From the sequence record PP856017.1: a stretch of DNA of 64,000 nucleotides; one strand, 5' to 3'. Positions 47,923 through 57,568 of this stretch are shown one piece after another; the first letter of the stretch is position 1; each line of letters starts with the position of its first letter. The notes beneath the pieces are model-generated. The model worked only from the letters and a program-made list of their open reading frames with translations, was not told where the DNA came from and ran no database searches. Made by a program: the position numbers and the translations under genes.

Positions 47923-49377
47923 TTACAGAGACTGCGCTTGCTCGTTCAGGGAATCCTTGATGGATTCGACGTCTTCTTCAGTGAGATAACCTTCACCATA
48001 GAGAGAGTCGATCAAGTCACCCCAGAAGTAAGTCGCATCGCCCTTGCCGGTGATGTTCACCACCGGTGCTGCGAACTGCTTGTGGTCGATGACGTAGTCG
48101 ATCGGCAGACCTTCGGACAGTTCGATCTTGTCGATCAGCGGATGCCACTCTTGACTGATGCGATCCGTATCTTCGACTGTGAGAACGTCGTCGGGCAGCA
48201 GCAGCTTCACGATACCCGCCGGCACGAAGTCCGATGCCGCCATGAAGTCCAGCATCGCTTGACGTTCATCGTCCTTGCGGCCGGAGAAGATGAAGACCAG
48301 ATGGCCGTTCTTCTTCAGAGCCTTGAGGGTTTCGAGCGCGAACGGCGATTCCGGTCCGATGCTCGGACGTTGGTTTTCGACGATGGTGCCGTCGAACGTC
48401 ACGACGAACACTGCCGGTTCATCGACTTCACCGCTGTCGTCTTCGATTTCCGGATCGACCGTCTGGGCATCGATTTCCATTTGCGCATCCTTGCGGCCGA
48501 CATGCTGGAATTCTTCACCGAAATGCTCGACGCAGTAGTCGAACAGATGCTTGTCGGTTTCACCCTTCTGGATGGCGACGTTGTGATACGCCGTGACTTC
48601 AGCCTGCTTGAACTTCACCATCGCGTCGACGTACTCGTCGTCCGGCAGGTTGTCGATGCCTTCCAGTTGCTGGAGTGCGACGACGTTGACTTGCTGGTTC
48701 TGCACCATCCATTCGTCGAACGACAGCGACGAACCGCTCTTGACATGTGCGTCTTCAAGTACTTCACGGTTCTGCTGGATCGAGTTGCGGACCATGCGGC
48801 GATTTGCACGGTTGGTGAGCGGAATATCACGCAGGTGGATCTTCGGCTTCACCGGTGCCGGGTCGGCTTCGACCGGGTTGCCGTTGGGCGACCATTCGAT
48901 GCCATTCCAGCACCACATCGGATGCGTCTGGCCGTATTCTTCGGCCGTGATCTTGACGATGCGCTCGTCGATCGCCAGATCAGCGATTTCGATTTCGTTG
49001 GCCAGCACGACGAAACGAACCCACGGCATGTGCGCATCGTTCACCCAGACATGATCGTTACCTTCGAATATCAATGACAGAACAGTCGAATTCAGCGCGA
49101 TAGCCGTTGCGAAACGTTCTTCACCTTCGAGGCCGGTTTCGGTCTTCAAAGCGACATACGTGAGAAAGCCGTTGGCCGAAAGGTAGAACTCGCGCGGTTG
49201 ATCTTCGCCGAAGAGACGATTGAGGTCACGCTTGGTGATGACGACGGTGGCTACCTTCGTCTTGAAGTCGGGCTCTTGAGCCAGTACGCCGACGTGTTGC
49301 TGAATTTTCGAATGTTGCTCCAGACCCGTACCAGGACGGAAGACTTGAGCCTTTGCATAAGTGATCGGAGTTTTCAT
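47923..49377 (-). CDS. multidomain protein with C-terminal HAD-like domain lacking the nucleophile Asp
   Basis: VVTFDGTIV..P....ALETLKALKKNGHLVFIFSGR..DYVIDHK. Confidence 0.65.
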   Translation of the reverse strand: MKTPITYAKAQVFRPGTGLEQHSKIQQHVGVLAQEPDFKTKVATVVITKRDLNRLFGEDQPREFYLSANGFLTYVALKTETGLEGEERFATAIALNSTVLSLIFEGNDHVWVNDAHMPWVRFVVLANEIEIADLAIDERIVKITAEEYGQTHPMWCWNGIEWSPNGNPVEADPAPVKPKIHLRDIPLTNRANRRMVRNSIQQNREVLEDAHVKSGSSLSFDEWMVQNQQVNVVALQQLEGIDNLPDDEYVDAMVKFKQAEVTAYHNVAIQKGETDKHLFDYCVEHFGEEFQHVGRKDAQMEIDAQTVDPEIEDDSGEVDEPAVFVVTFDGTIVENQRPSIGPESPFALETLKALKKNGHLVFIFSGRKDDERQAMLDFMAASDFVPAGIVKLLLPDDVLTVEDTDRISQEWHPLIDKIELSEGLPIDYVIDHKQFAAPVVNITGKGDATYFWGDLIDSLYGEGYLTEEDVESIKDSLNEQAQSL

Positions 49378-49380
49378 GGA

Positions 49381-50034
49381 TTACTCGTTTTCTTTGTAAG
49401 TAGCGAAGTTGATGCGGAGAGGATCAGAATGCTTCTTGGAATACTCGTAGTGAGTGATCACAGTACCCGCGAAGTCCAACCGGTCAATGACACTTTGATC
49501 GAAGCGCATAAACGTCAGCTGGTAATGCTCCTTTTCGGGAACGTCCTCGAACCCGACAGTCCGCCTTTTGATGTCATCGACATCAGATTTGGAGAAGAGC
49601 AACAACCCCATCACATTTTGAAACATTGCGATATAGCAGGATTGTTCCTCGCTGATTTCAAGCAGTGGTGAACGCATCTCTGCGGCCACGACTTCCTTAA
49701 CCTCCGCAAAGCATGGAGAGTAGAAATAAGGATAAACCTGTTTTTCCTCCTCCTTAAGCTCGTGGTTGAGATAGCGAATGAAGAACGCGACGTCGTCAAC
49801 TACGATGTGCTTCAGAATCTGGAAATCGACGTACAGGTCGTCTTTATGTTCCCAGGTGATCGGATCTCCATATCCTTCGCCCAGGAACATTTCAGGGTGA
49901 GGAACGCCTTTCATGTCGCGTTCCAATGCCTGAGTTTCTTGCTCAATCACACGTTTCGCAAACAGAGCAGCAAGAACGCTGTCATTCGGAACCGTTACAA
50001 AGCGACCGAAAAACGTCTTCATTTTGCCAATCAT
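49381..50034 (-). CDS. hypothetical protein
   Basis: 217 aa in an operon-like run. Confidence 0.5.
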   Translation of the reverse strand: MIGKMKTFFGRFVTVPNDSVLAALFAKRVIEQETQALERDMKGVPHPEMFLGEGYGDPITWEHKDDLYVDFQILKHIVVDDVAFFIRYLNHELKEEEKQVYPYFYSPCFAEVKEVVAAEMRSPLLEISEEQSCYIAMFQNVMGLLLFSKSDVDDIKRRTVGFEDVPEKEHYQLTFMRFDQSVIDRLDFAGTVITHYEYSKKHSDPLRINFATYKENE

Positions 50035-50038
50035 TTCT

Positions 50039-50440
50039 TTAGCCCTTGTATTGCTTGAGTTGATCTGGCAACTCGTATTGGAAGAAACCGTTACGTACTC
50101 CCGTGATACGGATATGGGAATCCGCCATGGCGCAGTAGAACAGTCCGAAATTGTGGTTCAGCCAGTCGTAAAAAACCTCTTCCGCAATCTGTTGGGCAGC
50201 ATGAAGTGCGCCCGTACCGCCATTGCTATATGCCAGATCGGAGAGTTTTGCACCCAACAACTTATTGAGTTCTGCCACAGCCAGTTTACGCTTACGCTCC
50301 ATTCCATCGAGCCTGCGTTGAATTTGAGCACGCTTTTGACGAGCGTTCTTATTCTTATTACGCATCCGATAAACTACGTAACCGGTAATACCTGCTGCGG
50401 CAGCACTCCCCATGCTGACGGCAATCAGTAATGCGTTCAT
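50039..50440 (-). CDS. membrane-anchored hypothetical protein
   Basis: GAGG RBS; N-terminal hydrophobic helix followed by a basic stretch. Confidence 0.55.
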   Translation of the reverse strand: MNALLIAVSMGSAAAAGITGYVVYRMRNKNKNARQKRAQIQRRLDGMERKRKLAVAELNKLLGAKLSDLAYSNGGTGALHAAQQIAEEVFYDWLNHNFGLFYCAMADSHIRITGVRNGFFQYELPDQLKQYKG

Positions 50441-50499
50441 TTCTACCTCATTTTAAAGTTGAATGTTTGTTGTCGAACTTAATCTGGGAAGTTCATGAG

Positions 50500-50513
50500 G
50501 ATGATATATTTCC
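50500..50513 (-). promoter_or_regulatory. candidate early promoter GGAAATATATCATC
   Basis: exact repeat of 43748-43761. Confidence 0.55.
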
Positions 50514-50577
50514 GTAATAAAATACAAGGTTGTGGCCTGATTTTATGCTATCACCACATTTGTTGGGGTATAACAAC

Positions 50578-51711
50578 ATGGCGTTTAATTTGACCAAAAT
50601 CAATCAGGCCTTGACCAATCTTACTGGTTGGGTGAGGACTGGGTTTTCAACAGTTAACCAGAAGCTCTCGACGCACGATACGGACATCACCGATCTTCAA
50701 GAGAACAAAGCTTCCTGGTCCGTCGGACGTTTCGTTGGGAATGAAGATGAGTTGAACTCAATTCTCAATGCTTCTCCCGATCAATCAGTCGTCTTTAATA
50801 GCTGGCATCGGTTCAGCCACAACAGCACTGAAACCCAGCCCGCCAATACGGATGAATTGTCGACCTGGTCGTACGATACGGGCACCAAAGAGATTCACAA
50901 TACGACGAATTCGGCCACTTTCATCGGTGTCGTTTCTGTTGACAAATACGAAGATTACATCTTCGAAACCAAACTGTCGTCGACCGATGTTGACGATGAC
51001 ATGATCGGTGTGGTACTGGCATTCTATACCGACCCTTCGAGTGGTCGTGAATACACACTGATTGCTTATCGCAGTCCCGGCGGTCTCAGTAATAACGGAT
51101 CTTTCGGGTTGGGTGGAATGGCTCAAAAGAACTTTCTCTATGGCGTGGCGTATAACTTCTTGCGCAGCGATGGAGATTCGAGCCTGGATCATTCGGAATT
51201 GGTTACTTACGGCAACAATGCTGCAGGTAATCTGTCACCGGCTGATGCTGCATGGGTAGGTAACACTCCCGGCTGGGGCGGTATGGCTGCTGCCCAAAAC
51301 ACCGACGGCAGCACCATGATCCGTGCTGTACGTAGTGGGAATATCATCAAGGTGTCGACCTCGCAGTGGAATAATCCTGACGTGATCGATCCGAGTACCG
51401 AGATTACGATCGATCTCTCGGCTGACCCCAAACTCCAAAAGTTCATGGGTCCCCAGCAATACGGTTTCTGCTCCCTATCACAGACTTTGTCGACTTGGGA
51501 CGTGGATCAGTTCACAAACCCCGTCGACAAGATTTATGATCTCTCGACCGGCAATGTTTATCTCAACAACAATGGTGTCTGGGCTGTCGACCCGAATTCT
51601 CATGTGACCGATTTACCGGACAATTCCCTTCTGTATAACCCTGACACCAATCAGCTCTTTTACATGAAGGATGCTGATACCAAACTTCGTTTACCGGCGG
51701 CAGCACTCTGA
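50578..51711 (+). CDS. fibre-associated protein with thrombospondin-C/L-lectin-like DDD domain
   Basis: ATG 50578 (MAFNLTKI); W..D..TKEIHNTTNS..FETKLSSTDVDDDMIGVVLAF. Confidence 0.55.
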   Translation: MAFNLTKINQALTNLTGWVRTGFSTVNQKLSTHDTDITDLQENKASWSVGRFVGNEDELNSILNASPDQSVVFNSWHRFSHNSTETQPANTDELSTWSYDTGTKEIHNTTNSATFIGVVSVDKYEDYIFETKLSSTDVDDDMIGVVLAFYTDPSSGREYTLIAYRSPGGLSNNGSFGLGGMAQKNFLYGVAYNFLRSDGDSSLDHSELVTYGNNAAGNLSPADAAWVGNTPGWGGMAAAQNTDGSTMIRAVRSGNIIKVSTSQWNNPDVIDPSTEITIDLSADPKLQKFMGPQQYGFCSLSQTLSTWDVDQFTNPVDKIYDLSTGNVYLNNNGVWAVDPNSHVTDLPDNSLLYNPDTNQLFYMKDADTKLRLPAAAL

Positions 51712-52814
51712 TGGACATTACCAAAGTTGGCGATGCTTTTTCAGAGTTGGTGAATTGGGTTCGAAACGGGTTTGTTGCAGAAAACACTCGACTCGATTCC
51801 CAATCGACCCTGCTGTCGCAACTCGCTCAAAACAAACTGTCAGTGATCGTTGGACGTTTTGTGGGTTCCGATCAGGAACTTCAAGATACGATCAATGCAG
51901 CGCCTGACCAATCGGTTGTGTTCAACAGTTGGTATCGTTTCAGTCATGGCACGAACGGACTCTTTCCTTCGGCTCCTGATGAAATTCAGGATTGGTCATT
52001 CGATGCGACGACCGGCCAGATTCAGAACACGACCAACAGTACGACCAACATTGGCGTCGTCTCTCAAGAAAAATATGACAGCTACATTCTCGATGTAAAG
52101 TTGTCTTCAACAAACAACGATGATGATGACATTGGTGTACTGTTGGCTTTTTATAAAGACCCTGATACCGGTCGTGAATACACACTGGAAGCGTTGCGTA
52201 GTCCAGGTGGCGACGTTAACCTCTGGGATATTGTTTATAACAGTAACCAGGGTTCGGCTAATGGTCAGAAAATGGTTCGACCAGGCAAAAACTTCGTAAC
52301 GTGGGGCAATAATCAGCCTGGTACGTTGTCGAAAACCGATGCTGGTAAAGGCGACAACGATCCCGGCTGGGGTAACATGGCGGCATTCCAGAACAATGGA
52401 ACCGACGGCTCTACTCGTATTTATGCGGTTCGTGACGGAGATCTCATCAATGTCACGACGAGTCAGTGGACAACTCCCGGCACTCTCGACACATCGACGA
52501 CTCTGACGATTGATTTGTCGACCGATCCAGATCTTCTTAAGTTTCGTGGTCCTTCACCGTACGGATTCGTGTCTACTTCTCAAGTCGGTAGTACCTGGAC
52601 CGTGAACAGCTTTACCAATCCGAAAGATGTGATTTACGATCTGAAGACGGGTAAGGTCTATGAAAACCAGAATGGTTCGTGGATAGAAACAACGAGCGTC
52701 AGTATCAGCGATCTTGGTACGGATACATTGTTGGTCAATCCCGATACCGGTAAAGTCTTCTTTATGAAAGACCCATCTACCATTTCGGTGATGGCTGCTG
52801 AAAAAATAGCATAA
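51711..52814 (+). CDS. tandem paralogue of 50578-51711
   Basis: GRFVG, APDQSVVFNSW.RFSH, NTTNST, KLSSTNNDDDDIGVLLAFY.DP..GREYTL.A.RSPGG. Confidence 0.6.
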   Translation: MDITKVGDAFSELVNWVRNGFVAENTRLDSQSTLLSQLAQNKLSVIVGRFVGSDQELQDTINAAPDQSVVFNSWYRFSHGTNGLFPSAPDEIQDWSFDATTGQIQNTTNSTTNIGVVSQEKYDSYILDVKLSSTNNDDDDIGVLLAFYKDPDTGREYTLEALRSPGGDVNLWDIVYNSNQGSANGQKMVRPGKNFVTWGNNQPGTLSKTDAGKGDNDPGWGNMAAFQNNGTDGSTRIYAVRDGDLINVTTSQWTTPGTLDTSTTLTIDLSTDPDLLKFRGPSPYGFVSTSQVGSTWTVNSFTNPKDVIYDLKTGKVYENQNGSWIETTSVSISDLGTDTLLVNPDTGKVFFMKDPSTISVMAAEKIA

Positions 52815-52817
52815 AGA

Positions 52818-52853
52818 CATATACCACTCTGGCTTACGCCAGAGTGGTATATG
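52818..52853. terminator. bidirectional hairpin, 16-bp stem
   Basis: CATATACCACTCTGGC-TTAC-GCCAGAGTGGTATATG between convergent genes. Confidence 0.75.
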
Positions 52854-52861
52854 TTCGTCTG

Positions 52862-53995
52862 TTACAGATCGAAGTCGAATGTCTTGCCTTGATCGTCACG
52901 AGTCACCGTGTTGACCATGTACGCGACCGGCGGAGCTTCTTGAGGAGAAGCTTGCGTCTTGCGCAGGTTCACACGGCTATTCATGTACGGCAACGGGTTT
53001 TCCAGCACCATCGGGAAGTTCACGTCCTTCTCGATCCCGAGGAAATACGCGACGTCCGAACCACCGAAGTAATTGAAGCGCTTCAGCGACGAAGGCGACA
53101 TACCCGTATGTTCGTGGCCATCTTCATGCATCACATCCACCCAGCGATCTTCGCCTGCGATTGCTTCGTTGAGCATCGCGACGATCACGTGACGGTTGTT
53201 CTTGAACGCTTCACGACCACGGTCGGTTGCGAGCAGGCTGGCGATGTTGGCTTTGCCGAACGGAACGTGAATTTCCACTTCGTCTTGTGCGATGCGCTGC
53301 ACAGCGTCGCCGATCGGCTGGAACAGGTTCATCGCGCAAATGCCGAACGTCACAGCAAACGACGGCATGAACTGACAACGTTCCATGATGAGCAGTGCCA
53401 CGATGTACAGGAAGATCGAGTCGTAGATGTCGTAGCGTTCACGCTCGGTCAACGGATACGTCTTCGGATCGAACTGGTACAGAGCCCAACGATGCGAAGC
53501 GCAGTACGCTTTGCCGAACACTTCAGCGACGACCTTCAAACGCAAGTGCGCGTCCGAATCGTTCTTGAACTGCTCCATGGCTGCCACCGGATCGTCGAAC
53601 GACTGACGAACGATTTCTGCATAGGTGCGTGCATGGATCGATTCGTTATCCGAGATGCGCTGATAACCCGTCCAGACTTCAGACGACGAACATACGCCTG
53701 ACATGATGCCTGCGATGGTCGAGGAAGCCACCGAGTCCGTTTCCCACTGCCATGCGAGGGTACGGATCATGTCCTTCGCGATGAGCGGGTCTACGGTCTT
53801 GAATTCCACACGACAGAGCTCGAATACGAACTCTTTTTCAGTCCAGTCCTGGCCGCGCAGCTTTTCATAAAGCTTGTTCTGCTCGGGGTACTGACTGTTG
53901 ATAGTGTCCAGCAGACCACGCGGCTGGCCAAGAATGATCGGAGTCTTTTCATAATCCGTCTTTGCGGTATTGAAAATAGCTTGATTGATGGTCAT
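52862..53995 (-). CDS. nrdB: class I ribonucleotide reductase beta subunit
   Basis: QDW, WETD, NESIHARTY (ExxH and Tyr), ME, QDEVEIH diiron ligands. Confidence 0.93.
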   Translation of the reverse strand: MTINQAIFNTAKTDYEKTPIILGQPRGLLDTINSQYPEQNKLYEKLRGQDWTEKEFVFELCRVEFKTVDPLIAKDMIRTLAWQWETDSVASSTIAGIMSGVCSSSEVWTGYQRISDNESIHARTYAEIVRQSFDDPVAAMEQFKNDSDAHLRLKVVAEVFGKAYCASHRWALYQFDPKTYPLTERERYDIYDSIFLYIVALLIMERCQFMPSFAVTFGICAMNLFQPIGDAVQRIAQDEVEIHVPFGKANIASLLATDRGREAFKNNRHVIVAMLNEAIAGEDRWVDVMHEDGHEHTGMSPSSLKRFNYFGGSDVAYFLGIEKDVNFPMVLENPLPYMNSRVNLRKTQASPQEAPPVAYMVNTVTRDDQGKTFDFDL

Positions 53996-54026
53996 TTTGA
54001 AATTTGAGCCTATAGAGGTTATGAAA

Positions 54027-54049
54027 CGAGGGCTAAATGATAGCCCTCG
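54027..54049. terminator. hairpin between nrdA and nrdB
   Basis: CGAGGGCTA-AATGA-TAGCCCTCG; the T-run lies on the plus-strand side. Confidence 0.45.
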
Positions 54050-54061
54050 CTCCTTTCTTTT

Positions 54062-57000
54062 TTACAGGGAACAGCCTTCGCATTCCATGTGGCCATCACC
54101 ACCGGTGGTTTCGGTTTGGAACGTAATACCTTCCAGACCAGCCAAAGCGTCGTTGGTGCCCTGGACGTCAACAGGTACACCATCGACCACCGAACCAGGC
54201 AATTCGGCATGGACCGACTTCGAGATCTTCATCGAGTCGTCCGATCCCGGCATGAGTGTGTTGATGTAATAACGCGTCTTCACACCCTTGCGGACACGAT
54301 CCAGTTCCGCTTCCACGATTTCCGTCGATGAGACTTCCAGGCGGTTCGTGAAATCCAGATACCAGTCAGCCGAAGCCGATTGATCGCAGAACTTCTGCGC
54401 TACCGCGTAGAGACTGTTCTGCTCGGGCAGCGTCAGTTCCCACATCGACTGGTACAGGTATTGCGGATCGTCACCGTACGGAGCCGCCCAACGCAGCATG
54501 TTGTTCGCATCGCCCTTGAGCATGACCAGTTCACGGATACCGTAAATGCTGTTCGATGCCCCCAGTGCTTTCGACGAACTTTCGCCCGGCATGAAGTTGA
54601 TCAGGCAGCTGTGTGCCAAACCACCGTTCGCCTTGATTTGTTCGGACACTTCGTCCCAGTCGTACTGGTATTCGAAGTTTGCCAGCTGATCGACTTCCTT
54701 ACGGTAGCTCTTCAGCGGCGTCCAGCCATCAGGCCACTTCGTACGACCGATCCACGGAGCCAAACCGCGCTCTTTGGAGATCTGAATCGAAGCCTGGATT
54801 GCGAAGTACAGATGCCGCTCGAACACACGGTGCAGTTCTTGCAAACCTTCCGCGGTGTTGAACTTCAGTCGTTTTCGTGCCATGTGGGTAGCCAAACCCA
54901 TCATACCAACGCCAGCGTTCATGCGAGCTTTCGCAGTCACACCGATGTGAGGCATGATGTATTCGTTGTGCAGGATGCAGTAGTCGATCATCTTGTACGC
55001 GTAGTACATCAGGTCCGCGTACTCGTCGTCCGACATCTCTTCCGTCACGTTGGCGGCAGCCAGCGAACACAGAGCGACTTCCGGCTCCTTCTTGACGGAG
55101 ACGACGTGTGTCACCGTCAGCGTACCGTACGCCTCGGTGTAGTGTTGATGACCAACCTTCACCGACTGAGCAACCCAGCGTCCATTCGGACCCGTGACGA
55201 CATCCGATGCTTTCGTGTTGACTTCGTGCTGCATGCCGTCGATCGATTCGGCGATCCATTTCGCATGTCCGACTTCGACTTCCGAGAACAGATCCTTCAT
55301 CGCGTCTTTTCCGTCGTACGGTTGCGTCGGTTCCGACACTTCCAGACACTGACCGGTCACGATGCCATTGAACATCGCCTTGTGACGCAGGGGTTCATTG
55401 AAACAGAACACCGAGTTTTCGACGCCGAGGTTTTCGATATCGAGAATCGTCACATCCGTGATGTCGCCAGCTTGCCGGGGATCCTGGAACGGTGCGAGTT
55501 TGTCGCCTCGTTTCAATTCCTTCGTGCGTACTTCGGTCTCGACGCCATCACGCATCACGTACCACTTGTGATACGCCGTGCAATCGAGGTAGCCTTTGCC
55601 GCCCTTCACGTAAACGCGTAAGAGCTTCTCCAGCGGGCTGGTTTGACGAACGGTCACACGACTCCATTCGAACCCGTTCCAGACGTGTACACACCGGTTC
55701 CAGTACTCGGAAATGGCACGCTCGCCATATTCCTTGGTCAGAATGATGGTGCCAGGCGCAACACACAGGTTCGAACTGTGAATCGGATCCAGGAACGGCG
55801 TGTTACGGTTCATCTCGTCGATAGAAGCCGCGTAAATCGTGCCGGTCTGGATACCTTGCTGGATTGCATGGACGACCAGTTCACGAGCCGGCGCGTACGA
55901 CTTCTTGAAGTTCGGATCGTTCTCGTACTTCTCGTAGATCTTCGCGAACAACGCGACATCCGGGCCGTAGAAGGCTTCGTGAAGGTCGGGTGCGTTCTTG
56001 ATATTCCACGAGAACACCTGCTCGTCCTTGGCCATTTTCATGGTCAGGAAGCGGTTGCTCATGTACGCATAGTGCGCATCACGATTGCGGGTCGTGTCGG
56101 TGGCACGTGTATCACGCAGGCCGGCGATGACTTTCGCTTCCGGATCGAACAGGTTGAAGTACAACGTACCCGCACCACCACGACCGCCCTGCAGATTCGC
56201 ACGGATGTTCTTACCGAAGGTGGCGATATACGGCAGTTTGCCGCGATGAAGGAAACGACCCTTTTGAACCGGGTCACCCAGACTACGCGTCATCAGGTTC
56301 GTGCCGATACCTGCGGACTGCGTGGTCATCATGTATGTGATGTGGTCTCCGGCTGCCAAGCTCCAACGGCTGTCACCAACCGCGATCAGGCAGCAACTTG
56401 CATACCCCTTGTGGTACGTGCCCAGGTTATTGTAATTGGGCGTCGGCGCGCTCAAGCGCTTGTTCGAGAAGTGCCGGTAAATACGCAGCACATGTTCCAA
56501 CCGCGAGCGTTTGCTCGGATCAGCGTTCAGCAGCGGATAGTTCGGATCCGTTTCCGGATTTTCTTCGAACAGAGCCATCGCCATGCGCATGTAAATGAAC
56601 TGCGGCGATTCGAATTCTTTCTTCGTCGAGAAGTCCTGCAGCGCATACTTGAAGCGCAGCTGGTCCATTGCGAAGTGTGGATACGTCAGATCACGGTCGT
56701 GATTGATTTCGGCTTCGATCACGCCCCATTCGTAGTCCGAATATTCCAGACGACGCATGAGTTGGGCCGAATGCAGCGATTCCTGCACAGCACGTACGCT
56801 CGGCAGTTCTTTGCTGCCGAACACCTCGATGCGGTTCAGCACTGCACGCAGGCGACCTGCCATGAGGTAATGCGACCAGGTTTCACGCGAGAGCAGCGTG
56901 TCGATGAGTTTCTGCATCAACTGCTGAACCGTCACCTTCTTCGGAAGGTCTCGCACGGTTTCGAGGGCAATACTGCTCCACTCGTCCGCATCAACGCCCA

Positions 57001-57082
57001 CGGCGTCTTGCACCCAGTGGTTCAGTTTCTTGGCGTCGAACTTCTCTTCTTCGCCCTTGAGGTTGATGATGGTTTCAATCAT
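54062..57082 (-). CDS. nrdA: class Ia ribonucleotide reductase alpha subunit (intein-containing)
   Basis: ESPQ..YMR.A, LSAPTP, ASCC, SNL-[intein]-CLE, ALCSLAA, GVGMMG, MPGESSS, YY, C-terminal CEGC. Confidence 0.95.
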   Translation of the reverse strand: MIETIINLKGEEEKFDAKKLNHWVQDAVGVDADEWSSIALETVRDLPKKVTVQQLMQKLIDTLLSRETWSHYLMAGRLRAVLNRIEVFGSKELPSVRAVQESLHSAQLMRRLEYSDYEWGVIEAEINHDRDLTYPHFAMDQLRFKYALQDFSTKKEFESPQFIYMRMAMALFEENPETDPNYPLLNADPSKRSRLEHVLRIYRHFSNKRLSAPTPNYNNLGTYHKGYASCCLIAVGDSRWSLAAGDHITYMMTTQSAGIGTNLMTRSLGDPVQKGRFLHRGKLPYIATFGKNIRANLQGGRGGAGTLYFNLFDPEAKVIAGLRDTRATDTTRNRDAHYAYMSNRFLTMKMAKDEQVFSWNIKNAPDLHEAFYGPDVALFAKIYEKYENDPNFKKSYAPARELVVHAIQQGIQTGTIYAASIDEMNRNTPFLDPIHSSNLCVAPGTIILTKEYGERAISEYWNRCVHVWNGFEWSRVTVRQTSPLEKLLRVYVKGGKGYLDCTAYHKWYVMRDGVETEVRTKELKRGDKLAPFQDPRQAGDITDVTILDIENLGVENSVFCFNEPLRHKAMFNGIVTGQCLEVSEPTQPYDGKDAMKDLFSEVEVGHAKWIAESIDGMQHEVNTKASDVVTGPNGRWVAQSVKVGHQHYTEAYGTLTVTHVVSVKKEPEVALCSLAAANVTEEMSDDEYADLMYYAYKMIDYCILHNEYIMPHIGVTAKARMNAGVGMMGLATHMARKRLKFNTAEGLQELHRVFERHLYFAIQASIQISKERGLAPWIGRTKWPDGWTPLKSYRKEVDQLANFEYQYDWDEVSEQIKANGGLAHSCLINFMPGESSSKALGASNSIYGIRELVMLKGDANNMLRWAAPYGDDPQYLYQSMWELTLPEQNSLYAVAQKFCDQSASADWYLDFTNRLEVSSTEIVEAELDRVRKGVKTRYYINTLMPGSDDSMKISKSVHAELPGSVVDGVPVDVQGTNDALAGLEGITFQTETTGGDGHMECEGCSL
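55349..55765 (-). mobile_element. 139-aa mini-intein with C-terminal Gln at the RIR1 thiyl-radical Cys site
   Basis: SNL|CVAPGTIILT ... CTAYHKW (TxxH block B) ... VFCFNEPLRHKAMFNGIVTGQ|CLE; no LAGLIDADG motif. Confidence 0.92.
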
Positions 57083-57099
57083 TATCAGGTCCGATTTTG

Positions 57100-57345
57100 T
57101 TAAGCGGTTACTGAGTGAGCCTTAACAATCTTGGTGAAGTTCTGCGGCGTAAAGCCCGACATCCATTCACCATTGTCTTCGATCACGGGCAGCTGACGAA
57201 AACCCTTCTCGCGTAGCATCTGAGCTTCTTGCGGTCGCTCTGTGATGTTGATTTCCTGATATTCGATGGCTTTGATGGTCAAAGCCTTCTTCAGGTTCTC
57301 GCAATTGGGGCACGAATTGCTGCTGTAGACGATAACAGGGCTCAT
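57100..57345 (-). CDS. nrdH: NrdH/glutaredoxin
   Basis: YSSNSCPNC, GFRQLPVI, WMSGF; first gene of the nrd operon. Confidence 0.9.
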   Translation of the reverse strand: MSPVIVYSSNSCPNCENLKKALTIKAIEYQEINITERPQEAQMLREKGFRQLPVIEDNGEWMSGFTPQNFTKIVKAHSVTA

Positions 57346-57528
57346 TTTCTAATACTCCAAGGTCCTACTTCAGTTAATCGGGGGTGATGCTAATTTTTAA
57401 CGTATTTCGAAAATTGCGAACATAAGTCCTTGCCCTCCAGACGACTCGAAGTTCGTCTGGAGTACGCACTTTTTGAAATGTGTTTTCTCTCTGTCCAGAG
57501 TATAAAAGACCAAAAAAAATAAATAGTT

Positions 57529-57550
57529 CAGAGTGGGTTTCCCCACTCTG
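57529..57550 (-). terminator. terminator
   Basis: CAGAGTGGG-TTTC-CCCACTCTG with an A-run to its left; same stem as 41635. Confidence 0.7.
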
Positions 57551-57568
57551 ATACTATATTTGAGGTCC

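Noticed and set aside
47782-49077. 431-aa plus-strand ORF
   Set aside because: Antisense shadow of the HAD-fusion gene
55643-57103. Plus-strand ORFs (486 aa here and 413 aa at 54380) opposite nrdA, considered as intron or homing endonuclease
   Set aside because: No LAGLIDADG, HNH or GIY-YIG motif; nrdA is uninterrupted apart from the intein
57346-57568. Possible NrdR box, riboswitch or tRNA upstream of nrdH
   Set aside because: Only an imperfect hairpin (57435-57462) is seen; no recognisable NrdR consensus or cloverleaf
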